A stretch of 63,387 nucleotides of DNA, filler included, from Stramenopiles sp. TOSAG23-2 (Eukaryota), in the NCBI GenBank assembly GCA_900128395.1. It is 29 parts of 29 records of this genome, joined end to end, with 100 filler letters (N's around TTAATTAATTAA, not from the genome) between each part and the next. Parts side by side here need not be neighbours in the genome. Positions count along the whole stretch, not along the records: positions 32,968 to 35,055 come from LT652049.1; positions 35,156 to 37,241 come from LT652050.1; positions 37,342 to 39,425 come from LT652051.1; positions 39,526 to 41,608 come from LT652052.1; positions 41,709 to 43,791 come from LT652053.1; positions 43,892 to 45,971 come from LT652054.1; 23 more parts are not named here. One strand, 5' to 3'. Shown here piece by piece: positions 34,345 through 46,071 of the stretch. The notes beneath the pieces were generated by a model. The model had not been told where the DNA came from and did no database searches. It saw nothing but the letters and a program-made list of their open reading frames with translations. Positions within the stretch are counted from its first letter, which is position 1; each line of letters starts with the position of its first letter. Both the position numbers and the translations under genes were made by a program.

Positions 34345-35155
34345 GAAAAGATATTTTGTATTGAAATATATATATATATATATTATATACATATCACCAG
34401 TATACATGTCTAGGTATATATATATACAAAGTATCGTTATGTCCGCGTGAAATAACTGCAAAGGTCCACATTTGATTATTTAACCTTCCCGTGTTTTATT
34501 TAATTATCGTCTATTCCTTATATTATTATCATCATACGATATTTTATATCATAGTTTATAGAAGGATAGCTCCCACAGTACCAGTATATAGCAGGTATTA
34601 GCATCCGGACCAGTATCAGGATTACTGAAAAAAAAACCCTTGAAAATTAAAATTTAAGGGTTTCCTTTCTTCCCTGTAGCAGCTTTTACGTTAATGTGTT
34701 GTATTTTAATTTGATAAATCTACTATTTCTTATTCCTTGAATAGACCAATAATATGTGTGCACATCATGCCCTATCATCGCCATATAATATCATCGGCCA
34801 TCGGCCATAAAAAAATCATCATCTCTCATCAACAAACAACAAATGTTGCAAATGCTTGTTGTTGCTAACCTGGCTAAGGCTTGCAAATAAATAATAATAA
34901 TATAATCAGATCATTTTTATTATGGGTAGTCTGGAGGATCTATTAGTGAAATTAGTATGTAAGCAAAATATAATAGTCTAATATAAATAAACCTGTGTAT
35001 ATATATTTATATATTATTTCGTACAACGATAGAAATAAATCAATAACCAATTGTANNNNNNNNNNNNNNNNNNNNNNNNNNNNNNNNNNNNNNNNNNNNT
35101 TAATTAATTAANNNNNNNNNNNNNNNNNNNNNNNNNNNNNNNNNNNNNNNNNNNN

Positions 35156-35714
35156 GTTTCTTTTTCTTTGCTGCACGACGTGATTTAAATGAAAACTTTT
35201 TCCTTGGTTGTAATTGTTCTTTTAAAGCTTTACTACGATCACGTAATGCTTTTATTTTCTCCTGTGAAATACGTCGATCGTATCCAGGTAAAAAGAATGA
35301 AGCTGCTGCAAGCATTTCTTGAATTTCATCGATCCTGTCATAAACTTTGTCAAATTCAGTTAATAGTTTTGGAACGTTACCATCAAACTTCGGAGAGGTT
35401 TTTTCCTTTACTTTATCATCCATGAATTTATTGATACTTTCTTCCTTTGTATTGAAACGACTCCAGAATACTGGTACAGACTCGTTTGGATCTTCACGGC
35501 GTGCTTTCTCTGCTTTTTTTGCGGCTCTTTTCTCTTCCCTCAATTTAAATTTAGCTTGCATCTTCGCATCCATACGTGCTTTAGCATTTTCCTGTAAATT
35601 TTTCAAATCTACTGAAACATTATCATCAATATCATAATGTGTTGTATTACCTTGCGTTGTCTCATTGGATATAGACATGGTTTGATTTGGATTCTTCGGT
35701 ATGAAGGATGCCAT
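35156..35714 (-). CDS. TBCC: Tubulin-specific chaperone C, N-terminal part
   Basis: ASFFLPGYDRRISQEKIKAL...LQPRKKFSFKSR matches the TBCC N-domain signature LPxYD..PKKKF.F. Confidence 0.85.
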
Positions 35715-36519
35715 TTTGTTTGCTTTAGTTGTGTTTGTTTAAATGTTTGAATAAGTGAAGATGGAATGGGTGGGTATGGATTGACTTGCTGATATTTCTA
35801 TCTACTAAGTACATATACAATATGTATTTTGTAAATATATACTATATCAAACTATAACTGTTTTCAAATAAAAAAAATGATGTCGATCGTGTTTTTTCAA
35901 ATAATCTCATCATAATCCCGTGGTAATGCTGTGGCCATAGTAGACCTTTAGTGGTAATAGAAATAGCATTAGATGATAAACCCTGTTAGGAACATGAAAT
36001 AAAAATGCTCTGCAAAATTAAAATGATAATTTACATCATATTTGGTATCGATTTTGGCCGGTATCGTCGGAATTGTGAAACATCGATTATCATGAATTTT
36101 TGACATTTTCGTATTTTGTTCTTCAAGCATGAAATTGTATACGATTTTTTCACTAATAGTTAAATTGTTATATTCGTTTTCATTGTCACATTGGCGAAAA
36201 CGCGCGATTTTACATTTGCAGGTCGATGGATTTTCATCTGATGTATTGCAAATGCATCCCCTCCCAAAATATGTAGACAAGCAAAAACATTGAAATTTTC
36301 TCACCATTTTTTGAATGAATCTTTCAAATTATTAAAAACTTTGAATTCTTTGAAAATAATGATGATGATGACAATGATGATTTTTTTTGAAATATCAAGA
36401 TGATTATAGATGGAAAAAAATAGATTTTAAATGTCTGATCTATACTGGATTATATGTTCATATATAAAAAATGTGTTTGATGTGTGTTATGCACTTTGAA
36501 TATGTGGCTATCAGCATCG

Positions 36520-36900
36520 CACCTTTTCATCAGCTATTCCAACTGCAAGATAACAAACACTCAGCTAATGTGGGGGAATGCAGCCTTAATGTGTTTGGAG
36601 TGAAAGATGACTCCATAACTATGGTAATGCCTGTGAGCAAGGGGGATAATCTGGGACTGTATGATGATGACATACTACACAAACCTGTAAATCGTTTACG
36701 GAGGCACTTGGAGCAACCACTTTGCAAAGTTCCAGAAAAAATTTTAAATGTTGTATTAAATGATGCAGGTGAGAAAGTGGTAAAAGATACTGGCTTGCCA
36801 TTTTCATCTTCTAATAATGATCCAGCTCTCTGCGTATTTTTTGCATTTGGAGCATATTTATTGACCAATGTAAATATTGGAAAAGAAAATAGACTATTTA
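36520..36900 (+). mobile_element. Degenerate tyrosine-recombinase (CryptonS-like) relic
   Basis: HSANVGECSLNVFGVKDDSITMVMPVSKGDNLG and DPALCVFFAFGAYLL recall the RS.N...D.....F...K.DQ.G and NP..P..CP...L..Y blocks of stramenopile Crypton-type recombinases. Recalled from memory, not searched. Confidence 0.4.
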
Positions 36901-37423
36901 CAAATACTTTTTTATTTTATTATCTAGGGAGTTGTTCAGGCGCAGATTTCCAATAAATGGTTCATTTTTCAATACTGTGTAGTTTTATTTTGTACTACCT
37001 GCTGTGTCCATTCTAAATCCAAGACATAACCAAAAAAACGTGATGGAATCCGGACATGATCTAAGGTAAATGAATGATGCCAGAATGAAATGCGTGCAAA
37101 TGAATAACAAATTAAAATAACAACATTAAAAATAGAAAAACACATGTAATAGACAAGAAAAGGCAAACACAAACATTTCAATGCATCAACAACAATACTC
37201 ATCCATCCAACAACAAGAATCACAATTAACATGTCCTCCTANNNNNNNNNNNNNNNNNNNNNNNNNNNNNNNNNNNNNNNNNNNNTTAATTAATTAANNN
37301 NNNNNNNNNNNNNNNNNNNNNNNNNNNNNNNNNNNNNNNNNATATGCAGAAGAGCCAATAATTAATGAATTTTTAAATCTCAACACCCTATATTATATTA
37401 AATAAAATAAAAAAAATATCTTT

Positions 37424-38596
37424 TTAACATTCATCTTTCTTTATATTTACATAATTTTTTATACCCCTATTAACATTATCAGTAGCCGCACCACCTTTTA
37501 TTAAAAACAAACGACTGGATGATATAATATTGAATATAGACGTGCTTAAATTGACCAAATGTTCTTGCATGATATTGAGTGAATTTTTCAAATCCAAGGG
37601 TATCAATTTCGTATGGAGTTCATCATCATGCAAGGCTAATAGATTATTCAATAATTGTAATCGTATATTTGATGCTCTTTTTACAGAAAGAAAAAGATCA
37701 TATAAAAGCGGATAAATTTCTTCCGTACCATCAACTTTATCTTTATTGTTGACACTACTATCATCATCATCAGTATTAACAATTCGTGCGGCTGTTTTCA
37801 TGGATATTAATGAAAATTTCCCACATATTCCATTTAATTTGCTATCCAAACTCCGAGAACTTTTTAAATGATATGATTTAAATCGAAATATTGATTTGTG
37901 TTTTTGTTTTTCTAAATTTCCAGGACGTAAATCTTGATATAACTTTGGCAATATCGGTTGAGTCTTGTTCAAGTAGAAACTATACAAAAAATTAAGATTG
38001 TTTCCATTCCTTACATCGTCCATCATAAAGTCTTCAATGCGAGAAGCAAACTTTTTTGCAAATATAGTATCTTTTACTTGCAATGATGATTTTGATGGTA
38101 CATGATTTAACATAATATTTGCAAAAACTATTAAATTTTTCTCCTCCTCTTTCTTTCTATCATTTTCACGAACATATACTACATTGACCATTGCAACACC
38201 TATACTGAAGCCATTTTCTATTGGATTTAATATGTATGAATCTATAACATCGAATTTATCTGGATGAAAACAATTTATCAAACCACCATGCCTATACTGG
38301 AGACAACTTTTAGCAGTTATAATTTTTTTAACGAGATTAAAATTGCCAGTTTGAAACATCATTACATTTGGATCAATATGTAAAATTTGATCATATAGTT
38401 TTTTACCTTCACGTGATGTTGTCGTATACGTAGCTGGAATATATTGTGTGGTAAATATAATGTCATCATTTTGTTTTTCATTATTATTATTATTATTACC
38501 TGATGAAGAAGGTATTAAATTTATAATTATTATTATTACAAATAAGAATAAACATAATAAATATCTTATGGAAAAATCTCTTTTCCGTTTCTTCAT
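37424..38596 (-). CDS. Hypothetical protein with N-terminal signal or anchor
   Basis: Long ORF. MKKRKRDFSIRYLLCLFLFVIIIIINLIPSSSG is a hydrophobic N-terminus. Confidence 0.7.
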   Translation of the reverse strand: MKKRKRDFSIRYLLCLFLFVIIIIINLIPSSSGNNNNNNEKQNDDIIFTTQYIPATYTTTSREGKKLYDQILHIDPNVMMFQTGNFNLVKKIITAKSCLQYRHGGLINCFHPDKFDVIDSYILNPIENGFSIGVAMVNVVYVRENDRKKEEEKNLIVFANIMLNHVPSKSSLQVKDTIFAKKFASRIEDFMMDDVRNGNNLNFLYSFYLNKTQPILPKLYQDLRPGNLEKQKHKSIFRFKSYHLKSSRSLDSKLNGICGKFSLISMKTAARIVNTDDDDSSVNNKDKVDGTEEIYPLLYDLFLSVKRASNIRLQLLNNLLALHDDELHTKLIPLDLKNSLNIMQEHLVNLSTSIFNIISSSRLFLIKGGAATDNVNRGIKNYVNIKKDEC

Positions 38597-39526
38597 AGAT
38601 AGTTCTATTTTCAAATGACGATATACTATTTTGTTCTTTCTTTTTATTACTATGTCTTTTAGTTGTATTTAATCTCTTTTCTTCTGGATGTCGTCTGATG
38701 ATGGATGTGTACAATACATGTTTTGGGGGATATATTTATTATCATACTTTTTGATAAAGATGTGAATTCGTCTTCTCTACTTCTTTTACTACAGTATAGA
38801 ATTATATAGGTTGTGACACTATGATAGAATGAATATAAAAAAAAATTCTTTTCGAAAAGATTTTTCAAATGTCCAATAGTGTATAGTGTAATAGTAGTGT
38901 TAATGCTATGCTGTCTTTCTGGTATTAAGTAAAAAATAATATAGGAGGGATTCTGCATTCTGCACACCACATAATATTCTATTAGTGTAGTAAGTATTAG
39001 TAAAGAACACATCGAAGAAGAGTTTAAAATATAGTACATACATGTAAGTATCGAAGTGCTGCTGTCCAGCTGTGCCGCCTGCCGGGCCTCTGCTGTCTGC
39101 TGCTGTGACCGCCAGATCGCAAAACTACCACCAGGTCTTATATTATCGATAATAAAAAAATGTTATTGCAAATTTCAAATTTAAAGTGTTAATGCAACTA
39201 CACACAACAAGAAAGAGAGACAACAAGAAAGAGTACAATATACAACAGTCGTTATTATATACAATACAATCGCCACAATGGATTTCAATTTTTTCGATGG
39301 ATATGCACCACTTCCACGGCAGTCATCATATGATGCATTGAAAGAAAATGAAAATAATAGTACCATGCCATCTCAACAAAGTATAGTATATGATGAAGTT
39401 GGTTTCACGCCTGATGATAGTCAAANNNNNNNNNNNNNNNNNNNNNNNNNNNNNNNNNNNNNNNNNNNNTTAATTAATTAANNNNNNNNNNNNNNNNNNN
39501 NNNNNNNNNNNNNNNNNNNNNNNNNA

Positions 39527-41608
39527 CTAACTGCTTTTCGTGCAGCAAGAAGGGCTAACAGAATAAGTTGTAACCACCCAGGTCATTGTGTGTGCCAAGA
39601 TACTAGACATACATGCGCGAACCACCGTAATGTGGATATTATAAACTATATAATACACGTTTTGATGTGCGAACCATATGGCGAAAATGGTCCATGTTGT
39701 TTTGATCTAACGCGTGCACACGGGCTAATGTCTATGATTAAAGGTTTTGTACAAGCAGGAAAAACACGCATGATGCTTCACTTGGTTTGGATCCTTGCCT
39801 TTAAATATGATGTTCAAGTTTCTGCAATAAGTTTGTTTGGTACTTCGGTGGCGTACCAACAAATGCAAGATTCTATTAGAGATTTCAATAATGAAATTGA
39901 TCAGATTCTAATATCCGAATTTAATATGAACCTTGCTGCAAATAGAGAAGTATACCATTTGCATTATTGTTTTACACGTACATGGACCATTTTACGGCCA
40001 CGCGGGGGTTATTTGCCACGTCGTTGGCTAGAACTTGGCCATGCTATTGTACACTGCCGAATAGGATCACCAAGGAATATTGAGAATATTATAGACAGGG
40101 TGATAGAAGAGGTTGCAAGATTTCGAGGTGGCATTGTTGGCGATGATTATCGTGTTAATGTTGCTTTGTTGTTCGATGAAATGCAACGAAACTATCAATC
40201 GCCGGATCAAAACAGGTACAGAAGAGAGATTGTAGTCCATCAGCAAAGATTCACATCATTACACCATGCAATCAGGGATTCTGTAGGAGTGGATGAAGTT
40301 GATAGAGTCGAGGAAAGATACAGAAGAGTTGGTGGTTATACGATAAGGAATGCAGTAAGATTTATCTTCGGGACATCTGCAACGCTAGAGCGAATATTTT
40401 TTTTAGAACGGGTTCCTCTCGGTCCAACTATGAATGTAGGGTTTCGTCCAAATTATTATGGTTACGCCCCGTGTTTATCTGCAAATAGACGCATTGAAAT
40501 ACGCAACGTAGAGCCACGGCAAGATTTACCTCATGGAGCTCGCACACATCCGTTATACGTAGCATCGTATGTTTATGATATTTTAGATACATTAAGTGCT
40601 CGTGGTGGCTTTGAGCATCTTGCTTGTTACAATGGCATGGATGGTGGCCGTGGAATTGGACGTAATGGTAATGTTCGTTCGATTTGTGAAGGTATGGTGG
40701 AACATATGATGGATTCTGTTAGACCGTTTGTTGCTATTATGTTTTATGGAAGTAGTAGAAATGTAGGCCCAAGTATGGTATTTAATCAGGCAGCATCGCC
40801 AATTGCAGAGAGGATTGCTGAAGCGAATTCAAGACTTTTTATGACAAAGGTTCAAGCCAGAAGACTGGTAGCACCAGGAGAAGCTGTTGGTTTATGCAAT
40901 GGCGATGCCAGAATTTGCGAAGATGGAAGACGTAGAGTAGTTAATTCCCAAGCTAACTGGGCTTTACAACATGGTGATATAGGCGAAGTGCGTGAACATG
41001 AAAATGGAATGCTAGAAGTGCCGCTTCCACGCCGCGGTTATCGCATCAGGGAAGAATTGGATTTAGTAAGAGTTGCAACAGAACTTGCTGATATTGAACG
41101 TGACAACTTGTTTGTAGCAACTGTTGGTGCGAGCATGATGAACGTTGGCGTTAATGTAAGGGATAGTCTGCATGGTATGCGTTTAACCGCAATGACTGCC
41201 ATTCTACGCCCTTATCAATTCAATGTCTTGCGTACACTTATTGATTATGAGTTTATAAGACAATTGTTAGGTCGCCTAGCTGGTATATATCTTGAAGGTG
41301 ATCGTCGTCCAATATTATTTGTACCAAGACAATTTGCAGAGATGCATGAAGAAGCCTATCGTCTTGCTAATGTATTAGAAAGAATTGTTGAGGAAGGAAC
41401 TGCCAGAGGGATAGCACCCGTAGATGCAATTAGACAAGCTGATACAGGTTTCAATAACTTGCGACAAAACGTGAGAATAATCCCACGTAGAGTTCTAAAC
41501 CAAGAGAGAGCTTGGAGAATGGTTGTTACAAATTCGAGTTCCCGTGGAACTGCGTATGTACCACACAATAGGGCCAGAGCACGTTTCAGTGGGCAACGTT
41601 GGACAAAC
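39527..41608 (+). CDS. SF2 helicase-like P-loop protein (Z1-associated type), partial at both ends
   Basis: The frame is open across the whole contig. Walker A IKGFVQAGKT, Walker B LLFDEMQ, motif III FIFGTSAT, motif VI-like QLLGRLAG. The N-terminus is Cys/His-rich. Confidence 0.75.
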
Positions 41609-42435
41609 NNNNNNNNNNNNNNNNNNNNNNNNNNNNNNNNNNNNNNNNNNNNTTAATTAATTAANNNNNNNNNNNNNNNNNNNNNNNNNNNNNNNNNNNN
41701 NNNNNNNNATTTTGACATTTTATTAAATTTTGATGCAATAAAATATAATGGCACACTATTGTACAAACTTTACTAAAATTTTAATTCGTTTTTGGAATTC
41801 TGTTTCTTAGGTAATTTGACTACTTTTCAAATACCAATTGATATACTTAAAAAGGTTAATTTATACTTGAAGTTGAAATTTTGACGACAAAAGATTTTGG
41901 TACAATACAGTATACAGTATAGTCGTCTAGTATATAAATATTTTTTTATTATTTTTTAATATATTTATATTTTTTGCGTGAATTTGTTCGTGTACGAATA
42001 GAAGTCTTAATAATTCTTCTAAAAAACCAAGAGATGTGTTTCTTGATTCTTCTCTGATATTTACTAATTGTTGCAATTTATTACAAATATGTAAATGCGT
42101 TTTCTTTTTAGCCTATGATACAAAAAACTTGTTCAATTCTAAAAAAGAAAACAGTGAAGTATTGCTCTCCATTTTTGCACTTTTATCAATTAAAATATTT
42201 TTTGAAATAATTTAAAAGTGACCAGAAAATGGAATGATAGTATGATTTAGCCAATTAATAATGACATTCTGAAAAAACATTTTAAAAGCAATCGCCCCAA
42301 AATGGAATTTAAGAGTGTATCATCATTAATTGATAATTAAATTTGCAAAGATATTTATTGTATAGAAATGTATCTGAAAATATACATTGTTCAATATGAC
42401 TTTGCGATTTTGCTGGGTCTTCGTATAAAAATAAT

Positions 42436-43307
42436 TTATAAGAAGGAGTTTGTGAAGAGGGCAACACATAGAAGAAACAATGTGCTCGTAAATCCTGTCA
42501 ATTTTGTTCCACTTGAGACTGCTGGATTCGCGGATGCATAGCTTGAACTTTTCCCATTTGCAGTTGTTGCGTTTTTGCACACTTTAAAGTTCTCTACCTC
42601 CGTCTTTGTGGCCGTTCCAGTGCAGTCAGTACTGCCATATTCCTTTGAGGTTATAGCAGCATTTGTCCAGGATGTAGTTCCGCTANNNNNNNNNNNNNNN
42701 NNNNNNNNNNNNNNNNNNNNNNNNNNNNNNNNNNNNNNNNNNNNNNNNNNNNNNNNNNNNNNNNNNNNNNNNNNNNNNNNNNNNNNNNNNNNNNNNNNNN
42801 NNNNNNNNNNNNNNNNNNNNNNNNNNNNNNNNNNNNNCCACCAGTTGGAAGAGGCATTCACATGCCTTGCGCCTTACTTAAGTAAACCATTTCCATGCTT
42901 ACATCCCCTCCGCAGGTTTCACTACCGTCATAATTTTTAGTGAAAACGTTTCCTGCACCGGTTGTATGGCCTTTCCATACGGAAGCAGACATAGTACCAA
43001 TTTTAACTGAACTACTGCCTGCGGCAACACACGTACCCGTGACCATACCAGTGTCGGTGGTTGAAGCCTTAGTTCCACTACAATCTGCGGTGGTATAAAC
43101 ATCGGCTACAATCTTCTTTCCATCTAACTTGTAGTCTGCACTACCTCCTCCTGTCATTTTTTTGCAGCCCAATTTCATCAACGAGTTGATATGTACAAGG
43201 AGATCGGCATCCTTACAGCCTGATTTCGCGTACATATCCGTAACAACATAGTCACCTGCGAATGCGGTTGCAAAGCATAGTACACTAAGTAATAGAATAA
43301 GTTTCAT
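42436..43307 (-). CDS. Secreted Cys/Thr/Gly-rich repeat protein, probably GPI-anchored; contains an N gap and an in-frame TGA
   Basis: Signal peptide MKLILLLSVLCFATAFA. Repeats Y...(D)C.G (YAKSGC, YTTADCSG, YDGSETCGG, YGSTDCTG). Hydrophobic tail LTGFTSTLFLLCVALFTNSFL. Confidence 0.75.
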
Positions 43308-45006
43308 ATCTGTTTTGACTTTTTATGTTTTAAATTTATCAATCTTTTTACTTTTACGATGTATATTATTTATTTGTATTTATTATCTTTTATCTTTAAT
43401 TGTTTATGATTTTCTTTGTAAACATATAGTTATGCAGTTATATACTGTGTACTGCCATAATATATACTATATATAGTATAAAAAGTTAAAAAAAAGAAGT
43501 GCAAGGCACAGCACGTTGCCACAGTGGTAGTCCACAGTACCAGTCAGAAACTCAATCCCGTAAATTAAAATGTATAATATAATATAATATGTATATTAAT
43601 AATATTATAGCACGCAATACTATTATATAGCAAAGCCAGGAAAGCTGGAAAGCCACCACAAAACGCCACAAAAAAAGATGGTTCAAAAAAACATACTATA
43701 TTCCCCCCCCACACACATAATAGATACAGTTTTTTCTTCTTTTAAATGGCACTATGCACCTATGCTTGAACATTTTTTTTTTCAGATCGAANNNNNNNNN
43801 NNNNNNNNNNNNNNNNNNNNNNNNNNNNNNNNNNNTTAATTAATTAANNNNNNNNNNNNNNNNNNNNNNNNNNNNNNNNNNNNNNNNNNNNATCTCTGCA
43901 TCACGTGCAGCGGAAGAGGTACCAGATGGCATTTATATTCTGTTTGCAGGGTTGTGTTGTTAACGTGTTTTCGTGTAGCGAAAGCGTATATATTATATAT
44001 ATATATACTATTGATATTAATTTCAAATATATATGTATGTAGATATATATATTGAAATTATTCAAAAATGATGGTTATTAAAAAAACGTTTTGTTTTTTA
44101 AATTGTTTTAATGTGTGTGTATGGTTTTATAATTTCAAATATATATATATGTATTGAAATTAATGAGAAATAATATACACCGTATTGAATCGAAAAGAGA
44201 GGATGAAAACTGATTTGTATAATAAATGTTACGTACAGGTGAACTTTTTGTGTTTGGCAAATCAAGTAATGTATATATATACATGTGTGTGTTTGAATAT
44301 ATATTATATATTTTAATTTTCCCATTGTTATTAGTGTTATTTTTATGACTTTTCACTACTAAAAACAAAAATGTTGAAATTCGATTGTAATTCATTTTGT
44401 AGATTTGAAATGGTCGATCCATCGATTTGCACTCTGGGCGCTCAGAATTCCTAATTATTGGCTGTATAATTTGCTAATATATGTAGAGACGAGATTATTT
44501 TATGAGTGTATGGACCGAGTAGATTTATTCTTGTATTATTTATACTCGCTCCCTATCACAGATTAGCACATAGATAACATTACAGTAAGTGCTATTTATA
44601 TGCTAAATAGGTCAACAAAATCACACAAATCGATGCAAAACCTTAAATGTAACACTTGATTTGTTGACCTATTAACTGGAAATGAGAAGTCCAACATCAA
44701 CAAATGTTGCGAAAAGGTAGCAAGAACCAGCACTGACACAATTCAACTATAGCATTAGATGAAATTCAATCATTTCTCATTATAGAATATGATAAATGAA
44801 AAATACTCAAACTCATTGATTTGCCCTTCAAATGTAGATTACCAACAACAACAAAACTTCAACCATCTCTGTTCGTTTCTCACCTCATCTTTCTTTCTTT
44901 CTTTCTATACATCCACATATCAACAAAAAAGATTGTATTTTTTCCATCATCACAAGAGTGTATTTGTCCATATCTTGTTGGAAAAAAAGAAATGTATGCG
45001 CACGCA

Positions 45007-45079
45007 TACTCATGGCGGGGCTCGAACCCGCGACCCTGGGCTCATAAGACCCATGCTCTACCGACTGAGCTACACGAGT
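45007..45079 (-). tRNA. tRNA-Ile (anticodon UAU), intronless
   Basis: ACTCGTG TA GCTC AGTCGGTA GAGC A TGGGT CTTATGA GCCCA GGGTC GCGGG TTCGAGC CCCGC CATGAGT A folds into a cloverleaf. A downstream T-run fits a Pol III terminator. Confidence 0.95.
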
Positions 45080-46071
45080 GATTTACCTTTACGGCAAATC
45101 CAGGATCGCAGAAAACAACGAAAAGAATCGTCGTGCCTGTGGATATTACAAGAAATTGAAATTTTTGGTATATATATACATATCCAATTTTTGTCTTAGA
45201 TAGCAAGAACACAGCACCTCCTATAGGTAAAAACAGGGACACAGCATGGTACACCGAATTCTTTCCTCCCCTGTATAAATATCCCCCTTTCAAGTATAAA
45301 AATAATGCCATTTTCCTAGTTATAATAGGTAAAATAGACGAGCCAAAACTACCTCCTCCATCGTAAAATCGCCAACACAAACAACAACAACATAAACACA
45401 TCACAACAACACTAACACATCACACAACAACAACAATAAAACAACAAAGAATTGAATTTTACACCACTTTTTACCACTGAAAATTCAAATAAATCAAATC
45501 ACACACAGAAAGGATACCAAAAGAGAGTAAAACACACGAATCATCTCCAAAAACAAAACCAATCTCCAAAAACAAACAGAACATTCAAACATTTACACAA
45601 TTCGAGAAAACGATATAATCAAGTATATATATATATATATATATATACATCGGTATTTTTTTTTATATATATATAATAAAATAACATCAACCAATTTCAA
45701 ACAATATATTTTATTAAAACCACTAAAAAATACGTACGTGTATATATAGAAATAACAAAAAAAACTATATTCGTATATATATATATATATATATAAACAC
45801 AACTTTACACAAAAAATAAAACAACAACAACATGTCGAATACCAATCTCAAGAAACAACAATTACCACAAAAGATATCCATACGATTATCAAAAACAACA
45901 ATTCCCTCCCCTTCCGTAATAACACCACGATATACATTTCAAGAAAATTTACGACGTAATCAACCAGATCCNNNNNNNNNNNNNNNNNNNNNNNNNNNNN
46001 NNNNNNNNNNNNNNNTTAATTAATTAANNNNNNNNNNNNNNNNNNNNNNNNNNNNNNNNNNNNNNNNNNNN

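Noticed and set aside
45007..45079. Intronless tRNA-Ile(UAU) with G37 as an anomaly or suppressor
   Set aside because: The anticodon reads UAU, and intronless CUUAUGA loops are known in plant tRNA-Ile(UAU).
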